Source: a virus
Taxonomy: Duplodnaviria > Heunggongvirae > Uroviricota > Caudoviricetes
IMG/VR virus record: IMGVR_UViG_2861048470_000005
Strand: one strand, 5' to 3'
Length of the DNA stretch: 49,438 bases
The notes beneath the pieces are model-generated. The model saw nothing but the letters and a program-made list of their open reading frames with translations, searched no databases and was not told where the DNA came from. How positions within the stretch are numbered: position 1 is the stretch's first letter; each line of letters starts with the position of its first letter. Shown piece by piece: positions 34,752 to 47,100 of the stretch. Made by a program: the position numbers and the translations under genes.

Positions 34752-37305
34752 TCTTGTTATTGACCTGAGTCTGGATGCTGTCCGTTTCGATGAGCAGATG
34801 AGCCGGGTAAGGCGTCATTTTTCAGGTCTGGATACCGACGCCAGAAAAACCGCCAGTGCTGTTGAACAGGGCCTGAGCCGCCAGGCGCTGGCTGCACAAA
34901 AAGCCGGGATTTCCGTCGGGCAGTATAAAGCGGCCATGCGAACCCTGCCCGCACAGTTTACGGATATCGCCACGCAGCTTGCCGGTGGTCAGAATCCCTG
35001 GTTGATCCTGCTGCAACAGGGCGGTCAGGTGAAGGACTCCTTCGGCGGGATGATCCCCATGTTCAGGGGGCTTGCCGGTGCGATCACCCTGCCGATGGTC
35101 GGGGTCACCTCGCTGGCGGTGGCGACAGGTGCGCTGGCGTACGCCTGGTACCAGGGCGACGCCACGCTTTCAGAATTTAATAAAACGCTGGTCCTTTCCG
35201 GCAATCAGGCCGGACTGACTGCCGATCGTATGCTGACGCTCTCAAGAGCCGGGCAGGCAGCAGGGCTGACGTTTAACCAGGCGAGAGAGTCACTGGCAGC
35301 CCTGGTGAATGCCGGTGTGCGTGGTGGTGAACAGTTTGATGCCATCAACCAGAGTGTCGCGCGTTTTGCGTCTGCATCCGGTGTGGAGGTGGATAAAGTC
35401 GCTGAAGCCTTCGGGAAGCTGACCACTGACCCGACGTCGGGACTGATGGCGATGGCGCGCCAGTTCCGTAACGTGACGGCAGAGCAGATTGCGTATGTTG
35501 CACAGCTGCAGCGTTCCGGAGACGAGGCCGGGGCATTGCAGGCGGCGAACGATATCGCCACGAAAGGCTTTGATGAGCAGACCCGTCGCCTGAAAGAAAA
35601 CATGGGAACACTGGAGACCTGGGCGGATAAAACAGGGAAGGCATTCAAATCGATGTGGGATGCCATTCTGGATATCGGTCGTCCGGAATCCTCAGCGGAT
35701 ATGCTCGCCAGTGCGCAGAAGGCATTTGATGAGGCGGATAAAAAATGGCAGTGGTACCAGAGCCGGAGCCAGCGCCGGGGAAAGACCTCCTCTTTTCGTG
35801 CGAACCTTCAGGGGGCATGGGATGACCGGGAAAATGCCCGTCTGGGTCTGGCAGCGGCCACGCTGCAGTCGGATATGGAAAAAGCCGGTGAACTGGCGGC
35901 AAGGGACAGGGCTGAGCGTGAGTCGTCACAGCTGAAGTATACCGGAGAGGCGCAGAAGGCGTATGAGCGCCTGCAGACGCCGCTGGATAAATATACCGCC
36001 CGTCAGAAAGAGCTGAATAAGGCCCTGAAAGACGGAAAAATCCTGCAGGCGGATTACAACACGCTGATGGCGTCGGCAAAAAAGGATTATGAATCGACGC
36101 TGAAAAAGCCGTCAGGTGTGAAGGTGTCTGCCGGTGAGCGCCAGGAAGACCGGGCGCATGCAGCCCTGCTGGCGCTTGAAACCGAGCTCAGGACGCTGGA
36201 AAAACACAGCGGTGTGAATGAGAAAATCAGCCAGCAGCGCCGGGATTTATGGGAAGCGGAAAGTCAGTATGTGGTCCTGAAAGAGGCCGCCACGAAACGG
36301 CAGTTATCTGAGCAGGAAAAATCCCTGCTGGCTCATGAGAAAGAGACGCTGGAGTACAAACGCCAGCTGGCTGAGCTGGGAGACAAGATTGAACACCAGA
36401 AGCGGCTGAATGAGCTGGCACAGCAGGCGGCGCGGTTTGAACAGCAGCAAAGCGCGAAGCAGGCGGCAATCAGCGCAAAAGCCCGCGGCCTCACCGACCG
36501 TCAGGCGCAGCGGGAGTCGGAAGAGCAGCGCCTTCGTGAGGTGTACGGTGATAATCCGGCTGCGCTGGCGAAGGCCACATCGGCACTGAAGAACACCTGG
36601 TCTGCGGAGGAGCAGCTTCGTGGAAGCTGGATGGCCGGGATGAAGTCCGGCTGGGGAGAGTGGGCGGAAAGTGCGACGGACAGTTTTTCGCAGGTTAAAA
36701 GTGTGGCCACGCAGACCTTTGACGGTATTGCACAGAATATGGCAGCGATGCTGACCGGCAGCGAACAGAACTGGCGTGGTTTCACCCGTTCTGTGCTGTC
36801 CATGCTGACAGAGATTTTTCTGAAGCAGGCGATGGTGGGGATAGTCGGGAGTATCGGCAGCGCCATTGGCGGGGCTGTTGGTGGCGGCGCATCCGCGTCA
36901 GGCGGTACAGCCATTCAGGCTGCGGCGGCGAACTTCCATTTCGCGACCGGGGGATTTACGGGGACGGGGGGTAAATATGAACCTGCGGGGATTGTTCATC
37001 GCGGGGAGTTTGTCTTCACGAAGGAGGCGACCAGCCGGATTGGTGTCGGCAATCTGTACCGCCTGATGCGGGGCTATGCGGAAGGTGGTTATGTCGGCGG
37101 TGCCGGAAGTCCGGCGCAGATGCGGCGGGCGGAAGGCATTAATTTTAATCAGAACAATCACGTGGTGATTCAGAACGACGGCCCCAACGGGCGGGCAGGG
37201 CCGCAGCTGATGAAAGCGGTGTATGAGATGGCCCGCAAGGGGGCACAGGATGAACTCCGGCTGCAGTTGCGTGATGGCGGTATGTTATCAGGGAGCGGTG
37301 GATGA
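34732..37305 (+). CDS. Tail tape measure protein H
   Basis: 857-aa ORF (lambda H is 853 aa as recalled), a long helical protein between G-T and M. Confidence 0.9.
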   Translation: MSQPVGDLVIDLSLDAVRFDEQMSRVRRHFSGLDTDARKTASAVEQGLSRQALAAQKAGISVGQYKAAMRTLPAQFTDIATQLAGGQNPWLILLQQGGQVKDSFGGMIPMFRGLAGAITLPMVGVTSLAVATGALAYAWYQGDATLSEFNKTLVLSGNQAGLTADRMLTLSRAGQAAGLTFNQARESLAALVNAGVRGGEQFDAINQSVARFASASGVEVDKVAEAFGKLTTDPTSGLMAMARQFRNVTAEQIAYVAQLQRSGDEAGALQAANDIATKGFDEQTRRLKENMGTLETWADKTGKAFKSMWDAILDIGRPESSADMLASAQKAFDEADKKWQWYQSRSQRRGKTSSFRANLQGAWDDRENARLGLAAATLQSDMEKAGELAARDRAERESSQLKYTGEAQKAYERLQTPLDKYTARQKELNKALKDGKILQADYNTLMASAKKDYESTLKKPSGVKVSAGERQEDRAHAALLALETELRTLEKHSGVNEKISQQRRDLWEAESQYVVLKEAATKRQLSEQEKSLLAHEKETLEYKRQLAELGDKIEHQKRLNELAQQAARFEQQQSAKQAAISAKARGLTDRQAQRESEEQRLREVYGDNPAALAKATSALKNTWSAEEQLRGSWMAGMKSGWGEWAESATDSFSQVKSVATQTFDGIAQNMAAMLTGSEQNWRGFTRSVLSMLTEIFLKQAMVGIVGSIGSAIGGAVGGGASASGGTAIQAAAANFHFATGGFTGTGGKYEPAGIVHRGEFVFTKEATSRIGVGNLYRLMRGYAEGGYVGGAGSPAQMRRAEGINFNQNNHVVIQNDGPNGRAGPQLMKAVYEMARKGAQDELRLQLRDGGMLSGSGG

Positions 37306-37631
37306 AAACCTTTCGCTGGAAAGTGAAGCCGGATATGGAGGTGAACTCGCAGCCATCGGTGCGTGAAGTGCGTTTTGGTGACGGGTACTCACAGCGTATG
37401 GCGGCAGGGCTGAATGCTGACCTGAAAACATACAGGGTGACGCTTTCCGTGACCCGGGAGGAGGCCCGGCATCTGGAAGCGTTCCTGGCAGAGCACGGTG
37501 GCTGGAAGGCATTTTTGTGGAAGCCACCCTATGCATACCGGCAGATAAAGGTGACCTGTGCCGGGTGGTCTGCGCGGGTCGGGATGTTGCGCGTTGAGTT
37601 CAGCGCGGAGTTTAAGCAGGTGGTGAACTGA
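37302..37631 (+). CDS. Minor tail protein M
   Basis: 109-aa ORF nearly identical in pattern to lambda gpM (MKTFRWKVKP.M.V...PSVR.VRFGDGYSQR...). Confidence 0.85.
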   Translation: MKTFRWKVKPDMEVNSQPSVREVRFGDGYSQRMAAGLNADLKTYRVTLSVTREEARHLEAFLAEHGGWKAFLWKPPYAYRQIKVTCAGWSARVGMLRVEFSAEFKQVVN

Positions 37632-38329
37632 TGCAGGATATTCGCGAAGAAAGTCTGAACGAGTCGGTTAAGTCAGAGCAGTCACCGCGGGTGGTACTCT
37701 GGGAAATCGACCTGACGGTACAGGGTGGTGAGCGGTATTTTTTCTGTAATGAGCTGAATGAAAAAGGGGAGCCGGTCACCTGGCAGGGGCGTAAGTATGA
37801 GGCGTACCCGATTGATGGCAGCGGCTTTGAAATGAACGGGAAAGGCAGCAGTGCCAGACCGTCGCTGACGGTGTCCAATCTGTTCGGCCTTGTCACCGGG
37901 ATGGCGGAAGACCTGCAGAGTCTGGTGGGGGCCACGGTGGTCCGCCGCCGGGTGTATGCCCGTTTTCTGGATGCGGTGAATTTTGTGGCGGGCAATCCGG
38001 AAGCGGACCCGGAGCAGGAGCTGAGCGACCGCTGGGTGGTGGAGCAGATGTCGCAGCTGACAGCCATGACGGCCTCGTTTGTGCTGGCCACACCGACCGA
38101 GACGGACGGAGCGCAGTTTCCCGGTCGTATCATGCTGGCGAACACCTGTATGTGGACCTACCGCTCTGATGAGTGTGGTTACACGGGCGGGGCTGTGGCG
38201 GATGAGTTCGATAAACCCACCACGGATATCCGTAAGGACAGATGCAGCAAGTGCATGCGCGGGTGTGAACTGCGCAGGAATGTCGGCAATTTTGGCGGTT
38301 TCCTTTCCATTAATAAACTTTCGCAGTAA
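37631..38329 (+). CDS. Minor tail protein L
   Basis: 232-aa ORF in the lambda L position with a C-terminal Cys cluster (CSKCMRGC). Confidence 0.85.
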   Translation: MQDIREESLNESVKSEQSPRVVLWEIDLTVQGGERYFFCNELNEKGEPVTWQGRKYEAYPIDGSGFEMNGKGSSARPSLTVSNLFGLVTGMAEDLQSLVGATVVRRRVYARFLDAVNFVAGNPEADPEQELSDRWVVEQMSQLTAMTASFVLATPTETDGAQFPGRIMLANTCMWTYRSDECGYTGGAVADEFDKPTTDIRKDRCSKCMRGCELRRNVGNFGGFLSINKLSQ

Positions 38330-38339
38330 ATCCCGGTTT

Positions 38340-39083
38340 ATGACACAGACTGAATCAGCGATTCTGGCGCATGCCCGGCGGTGTGCGCCTGCGGAGTCGT
38401 GCGGCTTCGTGATAAGCACGCCGGAGGGGGAGCGGTATATCCCTTGTGTGAATATTTCCGCAGAGCCGGAGGCGTATTTTCGTATCGCACCGGAAGACTG
38501 GCTGCGGGCAGAGATACAGGGGGAGATTGTGGCACTGGTCCACAGTCATCCCGGTGAGCTGCCCTGGCTGAGCGAGGCTGACCGGCGGCTGCAGATAAAA
38601 AGCGCACTGCCCTGGTGGCTGGTCTGCCGGGGGGAAATTCATAAATTCTGCTGTGTGCCACATCTGACAGGACGGCGCTTTGAGCACGGGGTGACGGACT
38701 GTTACACGCTGTTCCGGGATGCATACCATCTGGCGGGAATTGATATGCCGGATTTTCATCGCGAGGATGACTGGTGGCGCAACGGCCAGAACCTGTACCT
38801 GGACAATATGGCAGTCACCGGCTTTTACCGGGTGCCCCTGTCCTCTGCACAGCCGGGCGATATCCTGCTGTGCTGCTTCGGCGCATCGGTGGCTAATCAT
38901 GCCGCCATTTACTGCGGCAACGGTGAACTGCTTCACCATATTCCTGAACAACTGAGTAAACGGGAGAGGTATTCCGAAAAATGGCAACGACGAACGCATT
39001 CTGTCTGGCGTCACCGCCACTGGCACACATCTGCCTTCACGGGGATTTACAACGATTTGGCCGCCGCCTCAGCCTGTATGTGA
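38340..39083 (+). CDS. Tail assembly protein K (MPN/JAB plus NlpC/P60-like domains)
   Basis: Start at ATG 38340 (MTQTESAILAHARRC...). JAMM-like motif (...EIVALVHSHPGE...) and a Cys/His peptidase-like C-terminal region; overlaps gene I as in lambda. Confidence 0.8.
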   Translation: MTQTESAILAHARRCAPAESCGFVISTPEGERYIPCVNISAEPEAYFRIAPEDWLRAEIQGEIVALVHSHPGELPWLSEADRRLQIKSALPWWLVCRGEIHKFCCVPHLTGRRFEHGVTDCYTLFRDAYHLAGIDMPDFHREDDWWRNGQNLYLDNMAVTGFYRVPLSSAQPGDILLCCFGASVANHAAIYCGNGELLHHIPEQLSKRERYSEKWQRRTHSVWRHRHWHTSAFTGIYNDLAAASACM

Positions 39084-39661
39084 ACACGGCAGCGGAAGCC
39101 ATTCGCGCCCTGTCGATGCAGATGCCGGGCTTTCGCCTTCAGATGAACGAAGGCTGGTACCAGATACGTATTGCCGGTGAAGACACGGCACCGGAGGTGG
39201 TGTACGCCCGCCTTCACGAACAGCTGGGTGAGGGAACGGTCATCCACATTGTGCCGCGACTGGCCGGGGCCGGAAAGGGTGGACTGCAGATTGTGTTGGG
39301 GGCGGCAGCCATCGTGGGCTCTTTCTTCACTGCCGGGGCATCAATGGCGTTATGGGGTTCAGCCCTGGCAGCCGGTGGTTTTTCTGCCACCACGATGCTG
39401 TTTTCACTTGGAGCCAGCATGATTCTGGGCGGTGTGGCCCAGATGCTGGCCCCGAAGGCAAAAACACCGGATTACCGCGCAACGGATAACGGCAGACAGA
39501 ACACGTACTTTTCCTCGCTGGATAACATGATTGCCCAGGGGAACTCGATGCCGGTGCCTTACGGGGAAATGCTGGTTGGCTCCCGCCGTATATCCCAGGA
39601 CATCAGCACCCGTGATGAAGGCGGGGGCGGAAAGGTCGTGGTTATCGGGCGACAGGGATAA
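38981..39661 (+). CDS. Tail assembly protein I
   Basis: 226-aa ORF in the lambda I position with a Gly/Ala-rich hydrophobic region. Confidence 0.8.
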   Translation: MATTNAFCLASPPLAHICLHGDLQRFGRRLSLYVNTAAEAIRALSMQMPGFRLQMNEGWYQIRIAGEDTAPEVVYARLHEQLGEGTVIHIVPRLAGAGKGGLQIVLGAAAIVGSFFTAGASMALWGSALAAGGFSATTMLFSLGASMILGGVAQMLAPKAKTPDYRATDNGRQNTYFSSLDNMIAQGNSMPVPYGEMLVGSRRISQDISTRDEGGGGKVVVIGRQG

Positions 39662-39901
39662 AACATAAAAAAATCCCGCAGTGATCGCGGAGCTGCGGGG
39701 ACAGACAAATGAAGATCAATGTGAAGGAGTTGTTTTTGTTACTCGGGCAAAAAAACACTAACGCAGTGAAATTATACGCGCCACAGTCAGTGTGTGAAAA
39801 TGTGAAGATATTCAGAAATTTTATTCCGTCATGACGCAGGCACCCGGTGAGGTGCCTGTTGTTTTTGTGAGTGAACAATTATCACGGTAAGAGGTGATGT
39901 A

Positions 39902-42900
39902 ATGGGCAAAGGTGGCGGCAAGGCGCACACACCGCGTGAGGCGAAAGACAATCTCAAATCCACGCAGATGATGAGCGTGATTGATGCGATTGGTGAGGGA
40001 CCGATAGATGGCCCGGTGAAAGGCCTGCAGAGTATTCTGGTGAACAAAACCCCGCTGACGGACACGGACGGTAATCCCGTGATACACGGTGTGACCGCGG
40101 TCTGGCGTGCCGGGGAGCAGGAGCAGACACCACCGGAAGGCTTTGAGTCCTCCGGCTCTGAAACTGTACTGGGTGTCGAAGTGACCAGGGCAAAACCGGT
40201 AACACGCACCATTACGTCAGCGAACATTGACCGCCTGCGGGTGACCTTCGGGGTGCAGTCACTGGTGGAGACCACGTCAAAGGGTGACCGTAATCCGTCC
40301 TCTGTCCGTCTGCTGATTCAGTTACAGCGTAACGGTAACTGGGTGACAGAAAAGGATGTCACCATTAACGGCAAGACCACCTCACAGTTCCTGGCCTCGG
40401 TGATTCTGGATAATCTGCCTCCCCGCCCCTTTAACATCCGGATGGTCAGGGAGACGGCGGACAGCACCACGGACCAGCTGCAGAACAGAACGCTGTGGTC
40501 GTCATACACCGAAATCATCGATGTGAAACAGTGCTACCCGAACACGGCCATTGTGGGGATGCAGGTGGATGCGGAGCAGTTTGGTGGTCAGCAGATGACG
40601 GTGAACTACCATATCCGCGGTCGCATCATCCAGGTGCCGTCAAACTATGACCCGGAAAAACGCACGTACAGTGGTATCTGGGACGGCAGTCTGAAACCGG
40701 CATACAGCAACAATCCGGCCTGGTGTCTGTGGGACATGCTGACTCACCCGCGCTACGGCATGGGAAAACGTCTGGGGGCGGCGGATGTGGACAAGTGGGC
40801 GCTGTATGCCATCGGGCAGTACTGCGACCAGATGGTGCCGGATGGCTTCGGGGGCACCGAGCCGCGGATGACCTTCAATGCGTACCTGGCACAACAGCGT
40901 AAGGCGTGGGATGTTCTCAGTGATTTCTGCTCGGCGATGCGCTGTATGCCGGTATGGAACGGCCAGATGCTGACGTTTGTTCAGGACCGCCTGTCGGATG
41001 TGGTGTGGCCGTACACCAACAGCGATGTGGTGGTGGATGATAACGGCGTGGGGTTCCGCTACAGCTTCAGTGCCCTGAAGGACCGGCACACGGCGGTGGA
41101 GGTGAATTACACCGACCCGCAGAACGGCTGGCAGACCTCCACGGAGCTGGTGGAAGACCCGGAAGCCATACTGCGCTACGGGCGCAATCTGCTGAAGATG
41201 GACGCGTTCGGCTGTACCAGCCGCGGTCAGGCCCACCGTGCCGGACTGTGGGTGATAAAGACCGAACTGCTGGAAACGCAGACGGTGGATTTCACGCTCG
41301 GGTCTCAGGGGCTGCGGCACACACCCGGTGACATTATTGAAATCTGTGATAATGACTATGCCGGGACCCTGACCGGCGGACGTGTCCTGTCCATTGATGC
41401 TGCCACCCGCACCCTGACGCTGGACCGTGAGGTTACCCTGCCGGAGACCGGTGCCGCCACGGTGAACCTGATTAACGGCAGCGGTAAGCCGGTGAGTGTG
41501 GACATCACCGAACACCCCGCGCCGGACCGGATACAGGTCAGTACCCTGCCTGATGGTGTGGAGACATACGGGGTGTGGGGACTCTCCCTGCCGTCACTGC
41601 GCCGTCGCCTGTTCCGCTGTGTCTCCATCCGGGAAAACACGGACGGCACCTTTGCCATCACGGCGGTGCAGCACGTACCGGAAAAAGAAGCCATCGTGGA
41701 TAACGGTGCCCGCTTTGAGCCGCAGTCAGGTTCCCTGAACAGCGTCATCCCACCGGCAGTGCAGCACCTGACGGTGGAGGTGAGCGCAGCTGACGGCCAG
41801 TATCTGGCGCAGGCGAAATGGGACACGCCGCGGGTGGTGAAGGGTGTGCGCTTCAGTCTGCGCCTGACCAGTGGTAAGGGAACGGATGCCAGACTGGTGA
41901 CCACCGCCATCACCGCAGACACGGAGCACCGTTTCAGCGGCCTGCCGCTCGGGGAATACACCCTGACGGTGCGGGCGATAAACAGCTATGGCCAGCAGGG
42001 TGAACCTGCCACCACCACCTTCCGGATTGCCGCACCGGCAGCACCGTCGCGGATTGAGCTGACGCCGGGCTATTTTCAGATAACCGCCACGCCGCATCTT
42101 GCCGTTTATGACCCGACGGTACAGTTTGAGTTCTGGTTCTCGGAAAAGCGGATTGCGGATATCAGGCAGGTTGAAACCGCAGCCCGCTATCTTGGCTCGG
42201 CGCTGTACTGGATAGCTGCCAGTATCAATATCAAACCGGGCCATGATTATTATTTTTATATCCGCAGTGTGAATACTGTTGGCAAATCGGCATTTGTGGA
42301 GGCTGTTGGCCAGCCGAGTGATGATGCATCCGGCTATCTGGATTTTTTCAAAGGAGAGATAGGGAAAACCCATCTGGCTCAGGAGTTGTGGACGCAGATT
42401 GATAACGGTCAGCTTGCGCCTGACCTGGCTGAAATCAGGACGTCCATTACGGATGTCAGCAATGAAATCACGCAGACCGTCAATAAAAAACTGGAAGACC
42501 AGAGTGCAGCGATCCAGCAGATACAGAAGGTTCAGGTTGATACAAATAATAATCTGAACAGCATGTGGGCTGTGAAGCTGCAGCAGATGCAGGACGGACG
42601 CCTTTATATTGCGGGTATCGGTGCCGGTATTGAGAACACCCCCGACGGCATGCAGAGTCAGGTGCTGCTGGCGGCAGACAGGATTGCGATGATTAATCCT
42701 GCAAATGGCAACACAAAACCGATGTTTGTTGGTCAGGGTGATCAGATATTCATGAACGACGTGTTCCTGAAATACCTGACGGCTCCCACCATTACCAGCG
42801 GCGGTAATCCTCCGGCATTTTCCCTGACACCGGACGGGCGGCTGACGGCGAAAAATGCCGATATCAGCGGTAACGTGAATGCGAACTCCGGGACGCTCAA

Positions 42901-43375
42901 CAACGTCACGATTAACGAGAACTGTCGGGTTCTGGGAAAATTGTCCGCCAACCAGATTGAAGGCGATCTCGTTAAAACAGTGGGCAAAGCTTTCCCCCGG
43001 GACTCCCGTGCACCGGAACGGTGGCCATCAGGGACCATCACCGTCAGGGTTTATGACGATCAGCCGTTTGACCGGCAGATTGTTATTCCGGCGGTGGCAT
43101 TCAGCGGCGCTAAACATGAGCGGGAGAATAACGATATTTATTCGTCATGCCGCCTGATAGTACGGAAAAACGGTGCTGAAATTTATAACCGTACCGCGCT
43201 GGATAATACGCTGATTTACAGTGGTGTTATTGATATGCCAGCTGGTCGCGGCCACATGACGCTGGAGTTTTCGGTGTCAGCATGGCTGGTGAATAACTGG
43301 TATCCCACAGCAAGTATCAGCGATTTGCTGGTTGTGGTGATGAAGAAAGCCACCGCAGGCATCAGTATCAGCTGA
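39902..43375 (+). CDS. Central tail fibre / host specificity protein J
   Basis: 1157-aa ORF in the lambda J position (lambda J is 1132 aa as recalled). Confidence 0.9.
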   Translation: MGKGGGKAHTPREAKDNLKSTQMMSVIDAIGEGPIDGPVKGLQSILVNKTPLTDTDGNPVIHGVTAVWRAGEQEQTPPEGFESSGSETVLGVEVTRAKPVTRTITSANIDRLRVTFGVQSLVETTSKGDRNPSSVRLLIQLQRNGNWVTEKDVTINGKTTSQFLASVILDNLPPRPFNIRMVRETADSTTDQLQNRTLWSSYTEIIDVKQCYPNTAIVGMQVDAEQFGGQQMTVNYHIRGRIIQVPSNYDPEKRTYSGIWDGSLKPAYSNNPAWCLWDMLTHPRYGMGKRLGAADVDKWALYAIGQYCDQMVPDGFGGTEPRMTFNAYLAQQRKAWDVLSDFCSAMRCMPVWNGQMLTFVQDRLSDVVWPYTNSDVVVDDNGVGFRYSFSALKDRHTAVEVNYTDPQNGWQTSTELVEDPEAILRYGRNLLKMDAFGCTSRGQAHRAGLWVIKTELLETQTVDFTLGSQGLRHTPGDIIEICDNDYAGTLTGGRVLSIDAATRTLTLDREVTLPETGAATVNLINGSGKPVSVDITEHPAPDRIQVSTLPDGVETYGVWGLSLPSLRRRLFRCVSIRENTDGTFAITAVQHVPEKEAIVDNGARFEPQSGSLNSVIPPAVQHLTVEVSAADGQYLAQAKWDTPRVVKGVRFSLRLTSGKGTDARLVTTAITADTEHRFSGLPLGEYTLTVRAINSYGQQGEPATTTFRIAAPAAPSRIELTPGYFQITATPHLAVYDPTVQFEFWFSEKRIADIRQVETAARYLGSALYWIAASINIKPGHDYYFYIRSVNTVGKSAFVEAVGQPSDDASGYLDFFKGEIGKTHLAQELWTQIDNGQLAPDLAEIRTSITDVSNEITQTVNKKLEDQSAAIQQIQKVQVDTNNNLNSMWAVKLQQMQDGRLYIAGIGAGIENTPDGMQSQVLLAADRIAMINPANGNTKPMFVGQGDQIFMNDVFLKYLTAPTITSGGNPPAFSLTPDGRLTAKNADISGNVNANSGTLNNVTINENCRVLGKLSANQIEGDLVKTVGKAFPRDSRAPERWPSGTITVRVYDDQPFDRQIVIPAVAFSGAKHERENNDIYSSCRLIVRKNGAEIYNRTALDNTLIYSGVIDMPAGRGHMTLEFSVSAWLVNNWYPTASISDLLVVVMKKATAGISIS

Positions 43376-43393
43376 ATTTTATAACCCATATAC

Positions 43394-43420
43394 GGGCGCC
43401 AGAAATGGCGCCTTTTTTAT
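43394..43420 (+). terminator. Rho-independent terminator after J
   Basis: Hairpin GGGCGCC-agaaat-GGCGCC followed by TTTTTTATT. Confidence 0.5.
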
Positions 43421-43442
43421 TGCAGAAAAGCGAGAGGTAATT

Positions 43443-44042
43443 ATGCGTAAAGTTTGTGCAGCCATTTTGTCCGCAGCCATCTGTCTGGCCGTATCCGGTG
43501 CGCCTGCATGGGCGTCTGAGCAGCAGGCCACACTGAGCGCAGGGTATCTTCATGCCCGTACGAACGCTCCCGGCAGCGATAATCTGAACGGGATTAACGT
43601 GAAATACCGTTATGAGTTTACGGACACGCTGGGGCTGATTACGTCATTCAGTTATGCCAACGCTGGAGATGAGCAAAAAACGCATTACAGCGATACCCGC
43701 TGGCATGAAGATTCCGTTCGTAACCGCTGGTTCAGCGTAATGGCGGGGCCGTCTGTGCGCGTGAATGAATGGTTCAGCGCGTATGCGATGGCGGGTGTGG
43801 CTTACAGCCGTGTGTCGACTTTCTCCGGGGATTATCTCCGCGTAACTGACAACAAGGGGAAAACGCACGACGTGCTGACCGGAAGTGATGACGGTCGCCA
43901 CAGCAACACGTCTCTGGCGTGGGGGGCTGGCGTGCAGTTTAACCCGACCGAATCCGTGGCCGTTGATGTCGCTTATGAAGGCTCCGGCAGTGGCAACTGG
44001 CGCACTGACGGTTTCATCGTGGGTGTTGGTTATAAGTTCTGA
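43443..44042 (+). CDS. lom: Lom outer-membrane protein (Ail/Lom family beta-barrel)
   Basis: 199-aa ORF with a signal peptide (MRKVCAAILSAAICLAVSGAPAWA) and a C-terminal ...GVGYKF beta-barrel signature, in the lambda lom position. Confidence 0.85.
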   Translation: MRKVCAAILSAAICLAVSGAPAWASEQQATLSAGYLHARTNAPGSDNLNGINVKYRYEFTDTLGLITSFSYANAGDEQKTHYSDTRWHEDSVRNRWFSVMAGPSVRVNEWFSAYAMAGVAYSRVSTFSGDYLRVTDNKGKTHDVLTGSDDGRHSNTSLAWGAGVQFNPTESVAVDVAYEGSGSGNWRTDGFIVGVGYKF

Positions 44043-44068
44043 TTAGCCAGGTAACACAGTGTTATGAC

Positions 44069-44097
44069 AGCCCGCCGGTTCAGGCGGGCTTTTTTGT
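44069..44097 (+). terminator. Rho-independent terminator after lom
   Basis: Hairpin AGCCCGCC-ggttca-GGCGGGCT followed by TTTTTTGTGG. Confidence 0.5.
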
Positions 44098-44106
44098 GGG
44101 GTGAAT

Positions 44107-47100
44107 ATGGCAGTAAAGATTTCAGGTGTACTGAAAGACGGTGCAGGTAAACCGGTACAGAACTGTACAATCCAGCTGAAAGCAAAACGTAACAGCACCA
44201 CGGTGGTGGCGAACACGGTGGCCTCAGAAAATCCGGATGAAGCCGGGCGTTACAGCATGGACGTTGAGTACGGTCAGTACAGCGTTATTCTGTTGGTGGA
44301 AGGCTTCCCGCCATCGCATGCCGGGACCATCACCGTGTATGAAGACTCACAACCGGGTACGCTGAATGATTTTCTCGGTGCCATGACGGAGGATGATGTC
44401 CGTCCGGAGGCACTGCGCCGCTTTGAACTGATGGTGGAAGAGGTGGCGCGTAACGCGTCCGCGGTGGCACAGAACACGGCAGCCGCGAAGAAGTCAGCCA
44501 GCGATGCCGGCACATCAGCCCGTGAGGCGGCAACCCATGCGACTGATGCTACAGGCTCAGCACGTGCAGCCAGCACATCAGCCGGGCAGGCCGCGACGTC
44601 GGCTCAGTCAGCGTCTTCCAGCGCAGGAACGGCATCAACAAAGGCTACTGAAGCATCAAAAAGTGCTGCCGCTGCAGAGTCCTCAAAAAGCGCGGCGGCT
44701 ACCAGTGCTGGTGCGGCGAAAACGTCAGAAACGAATGCTGCAGCGTCACAAAAATCTGCAGCCACTTCTGCATCCACCGCGACCACGAAAGCGTCAGAAG
44801 CTGCCACCTCAGCCCGGGATGCGGCGGCCTCAAAAGAGGCAGCGAAATCATCAGAAACGAACGCATCATCAAGCGCCAGTAGTGCCGCTTCCTCGGCAAC
44901 GGCGGCAGGCAATTCCGCGAAGGCGGCAAAAACGTCTGAGACAAACGCCAGGTCTTCTGAAACGGCAGCGGGACAGAGCGCCTCGGCTGCGGCAGGCTCA
45001 AAAACAGCGGCTGCGTCGTCTGCCAGTGCCGCGTCAACAAGTGCCGGGCAGGCCTCAGCCAGTGCCACCGCCGCCGGAAAATCGGCAGAAAGTGCCGCAT
45101 CGTCTGCTTCAACAGCCACAACGAAGGCTGGCGAAGCCACTGAACAGGCCAGCGCAGCAGCGAGGTCTGCTTCCGCAGCGAAGACATCCGAGACGAACGC
45201 GAAAGCGTCGGAAACCAGCGCAGAATCCTCAAAAACGGCTGCCGCATCGTCCGCCAGTTCGGCGGCGTCATCGGCATCATCGGCGTCTGCTTCAAAAGAT
45301 GAGGCGACCAGACAAGCGTCCGCAGCGAAGGGCAGCGCCACGACAGCATCCACGAAGGCGACAGAGGCAGCTGGCAGTGCGACGGCGGCAGCACAGAGCA
45401 AAAGTACGGCGGAATCCGCGGCAACGCGCGCCGAGACAGCGGCAAAACGGGCAGAGGATATTGCATCCGCCGTGGCGCTTGAGGATGCAAGTACGACGAA
45501 AAAGGGGATAGTACAGCTCAGCAGTGCGACCAACAGTACGTCTGAAACGCTGGCGGCAACGCCAAAGGCAGTAAAATCAGCCTATGACAATGCAGAGAAA
45601 CGTCTGCAGAAAGACCAGAACGGCGCTGATATACCCGATAAGGGACGCTTCCTGAACAACATTAACGCGGTCAGTAAAACAGACTTTGCTGATAAGCGTG
45701 GTATGCGTTATGTGCGGGTTAACGCTCCTGCAGGTGCAACATCTGGAAAATATTACCCTGTTGTTGTTATGCGTTCTGCTGGCTCAGTAAGCGAACTGGC
45801 ATCAAGGGTCATTATCACCACGGCAACGCGAACCGCAGGCGATCCGATGAATAACTGCGAGTTTAACGGATTTGTTATGCCTGGTGGCTGGACTGACAGG
45901 GGGCGTTATGCTTATGGAATGTTCTGGCAATATCAAAACAATGAACGAGCCATCCACTCAATAATGATGAGTAATAAGGGCGATGATTTGCGCTCTGTGT
46001 TCTATGTTGATGGCGCTGCTTTCCCTGTTTTTGCGTTTATCGAAGATGGCCTGTCAATATCCGCACCTGGTGCTGATCTCGTTGTTAATGATACGACCTA
46101 TAAGTTTGGGGCAACAAATCCGGCGACTGAATGTATCGCGGCGGACGTTATCCTTGATTTTAAGAGTGGGCGTGGTTTTTATGAGTCTCATTCGTTAATC
46201 GTTAACGATAACTTGTCGTGCAAAAAACTTTTTGCCACAGACGAAATTGTAGCGCGTGGTGGTAATCAGATTCGAATGATAGGTGGGAAGTATGGGGCAT
46301 TATGGCGTAATGATGGCGCTAAAACTTACCTGCTGCTTACCAATCAAGGTGATGTTTATGGTGGCTGGAATACATTAAGACCGTTTGCTATTGATAACGC
46401 AACCGGCGAACTGGTTATTGGAACCAAACTGTCCGCAAGTCTGAACGGTAATGCATTAACAGCAACAAAGCTGCAAACGCCAAGACGGGTTTCTGGTGTT
46501 GAGTTTGATGGTTCCAAAGATATTACTTTAACCGCCGCGCATGTGGCTGCTTTTGCCAGAAGGGCAACGGATACATATGCCGATGCGGATGGTGGCGTTC
46601 CCTGGAATGCCGAATCAGGCGCTTATAATGTCACCCGCTCTGGCGACAGCTATATTCTGGTTAACTTCTATACCGGAGTCGGAAGTTGCCGGACCTTGCA
46701 GATGAAGGCACATTACAGAAATGGAGGTCTGTTCTACCGTTCCTCAAGAGATGGCTATGGTTTTGAGGAAGACTGGGCAGAAGTTTATACCTCGAAAAAT
46801 CTTCCACCAGAAAGCTACCCAGTTGGCGCACCAATCCCGTGGCCATCAGATACCGTTCCGTCTGGTTATGCCCTGATGCAGGGGCAGACTTTTAACAAAT
46901 CTGCCTACCCGAAACTTGCAGCCGCTTATCCGTCAGGCGTGATCCCTGATATGCGTGGCTGGACGATTAAGGGCAAACCCGCCAGTGGCCGGGCCGTATT
47001 GTCTCAGGAACAGGACGGCATTAAATCGCACACCCACAGCGCCAGCGCATCCAGTACGGATTTGGGGACGAAAACCACATCGTCGTTTGATTACGGCACT

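Noticed and set aside
35205-36079. Minus-strand ORFs inside the tape measure gene
   Set aside because: They are Pro/Ala/Ser/Arg-rich with no start context and sit fully within the well-supported H gene; typical antisense artefacts of GC-rich coding sequence.
40640-42373. Minus-strand ORFs of 201-291 aa inside gene J
   Set aside because: Arg/Gly/His-rich, no ribosome-binding sites, embedded antisense in a conserved structural gene; considered spurious.
44274-45533. Long ORFs on both strands inside stf (an Arg/Pro/Gln-rich 335-aa plus-strand ORF and Ala/Asp-rich minus-strand ORFs of 309 and 263 aa)
   Set aside because: These are frame artefacts of the GC-rich, repetitive Ala/Ser codon runs of the fibre shaft. 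Their compositions are extremely biased and they lie entirely within a well-supported gene.
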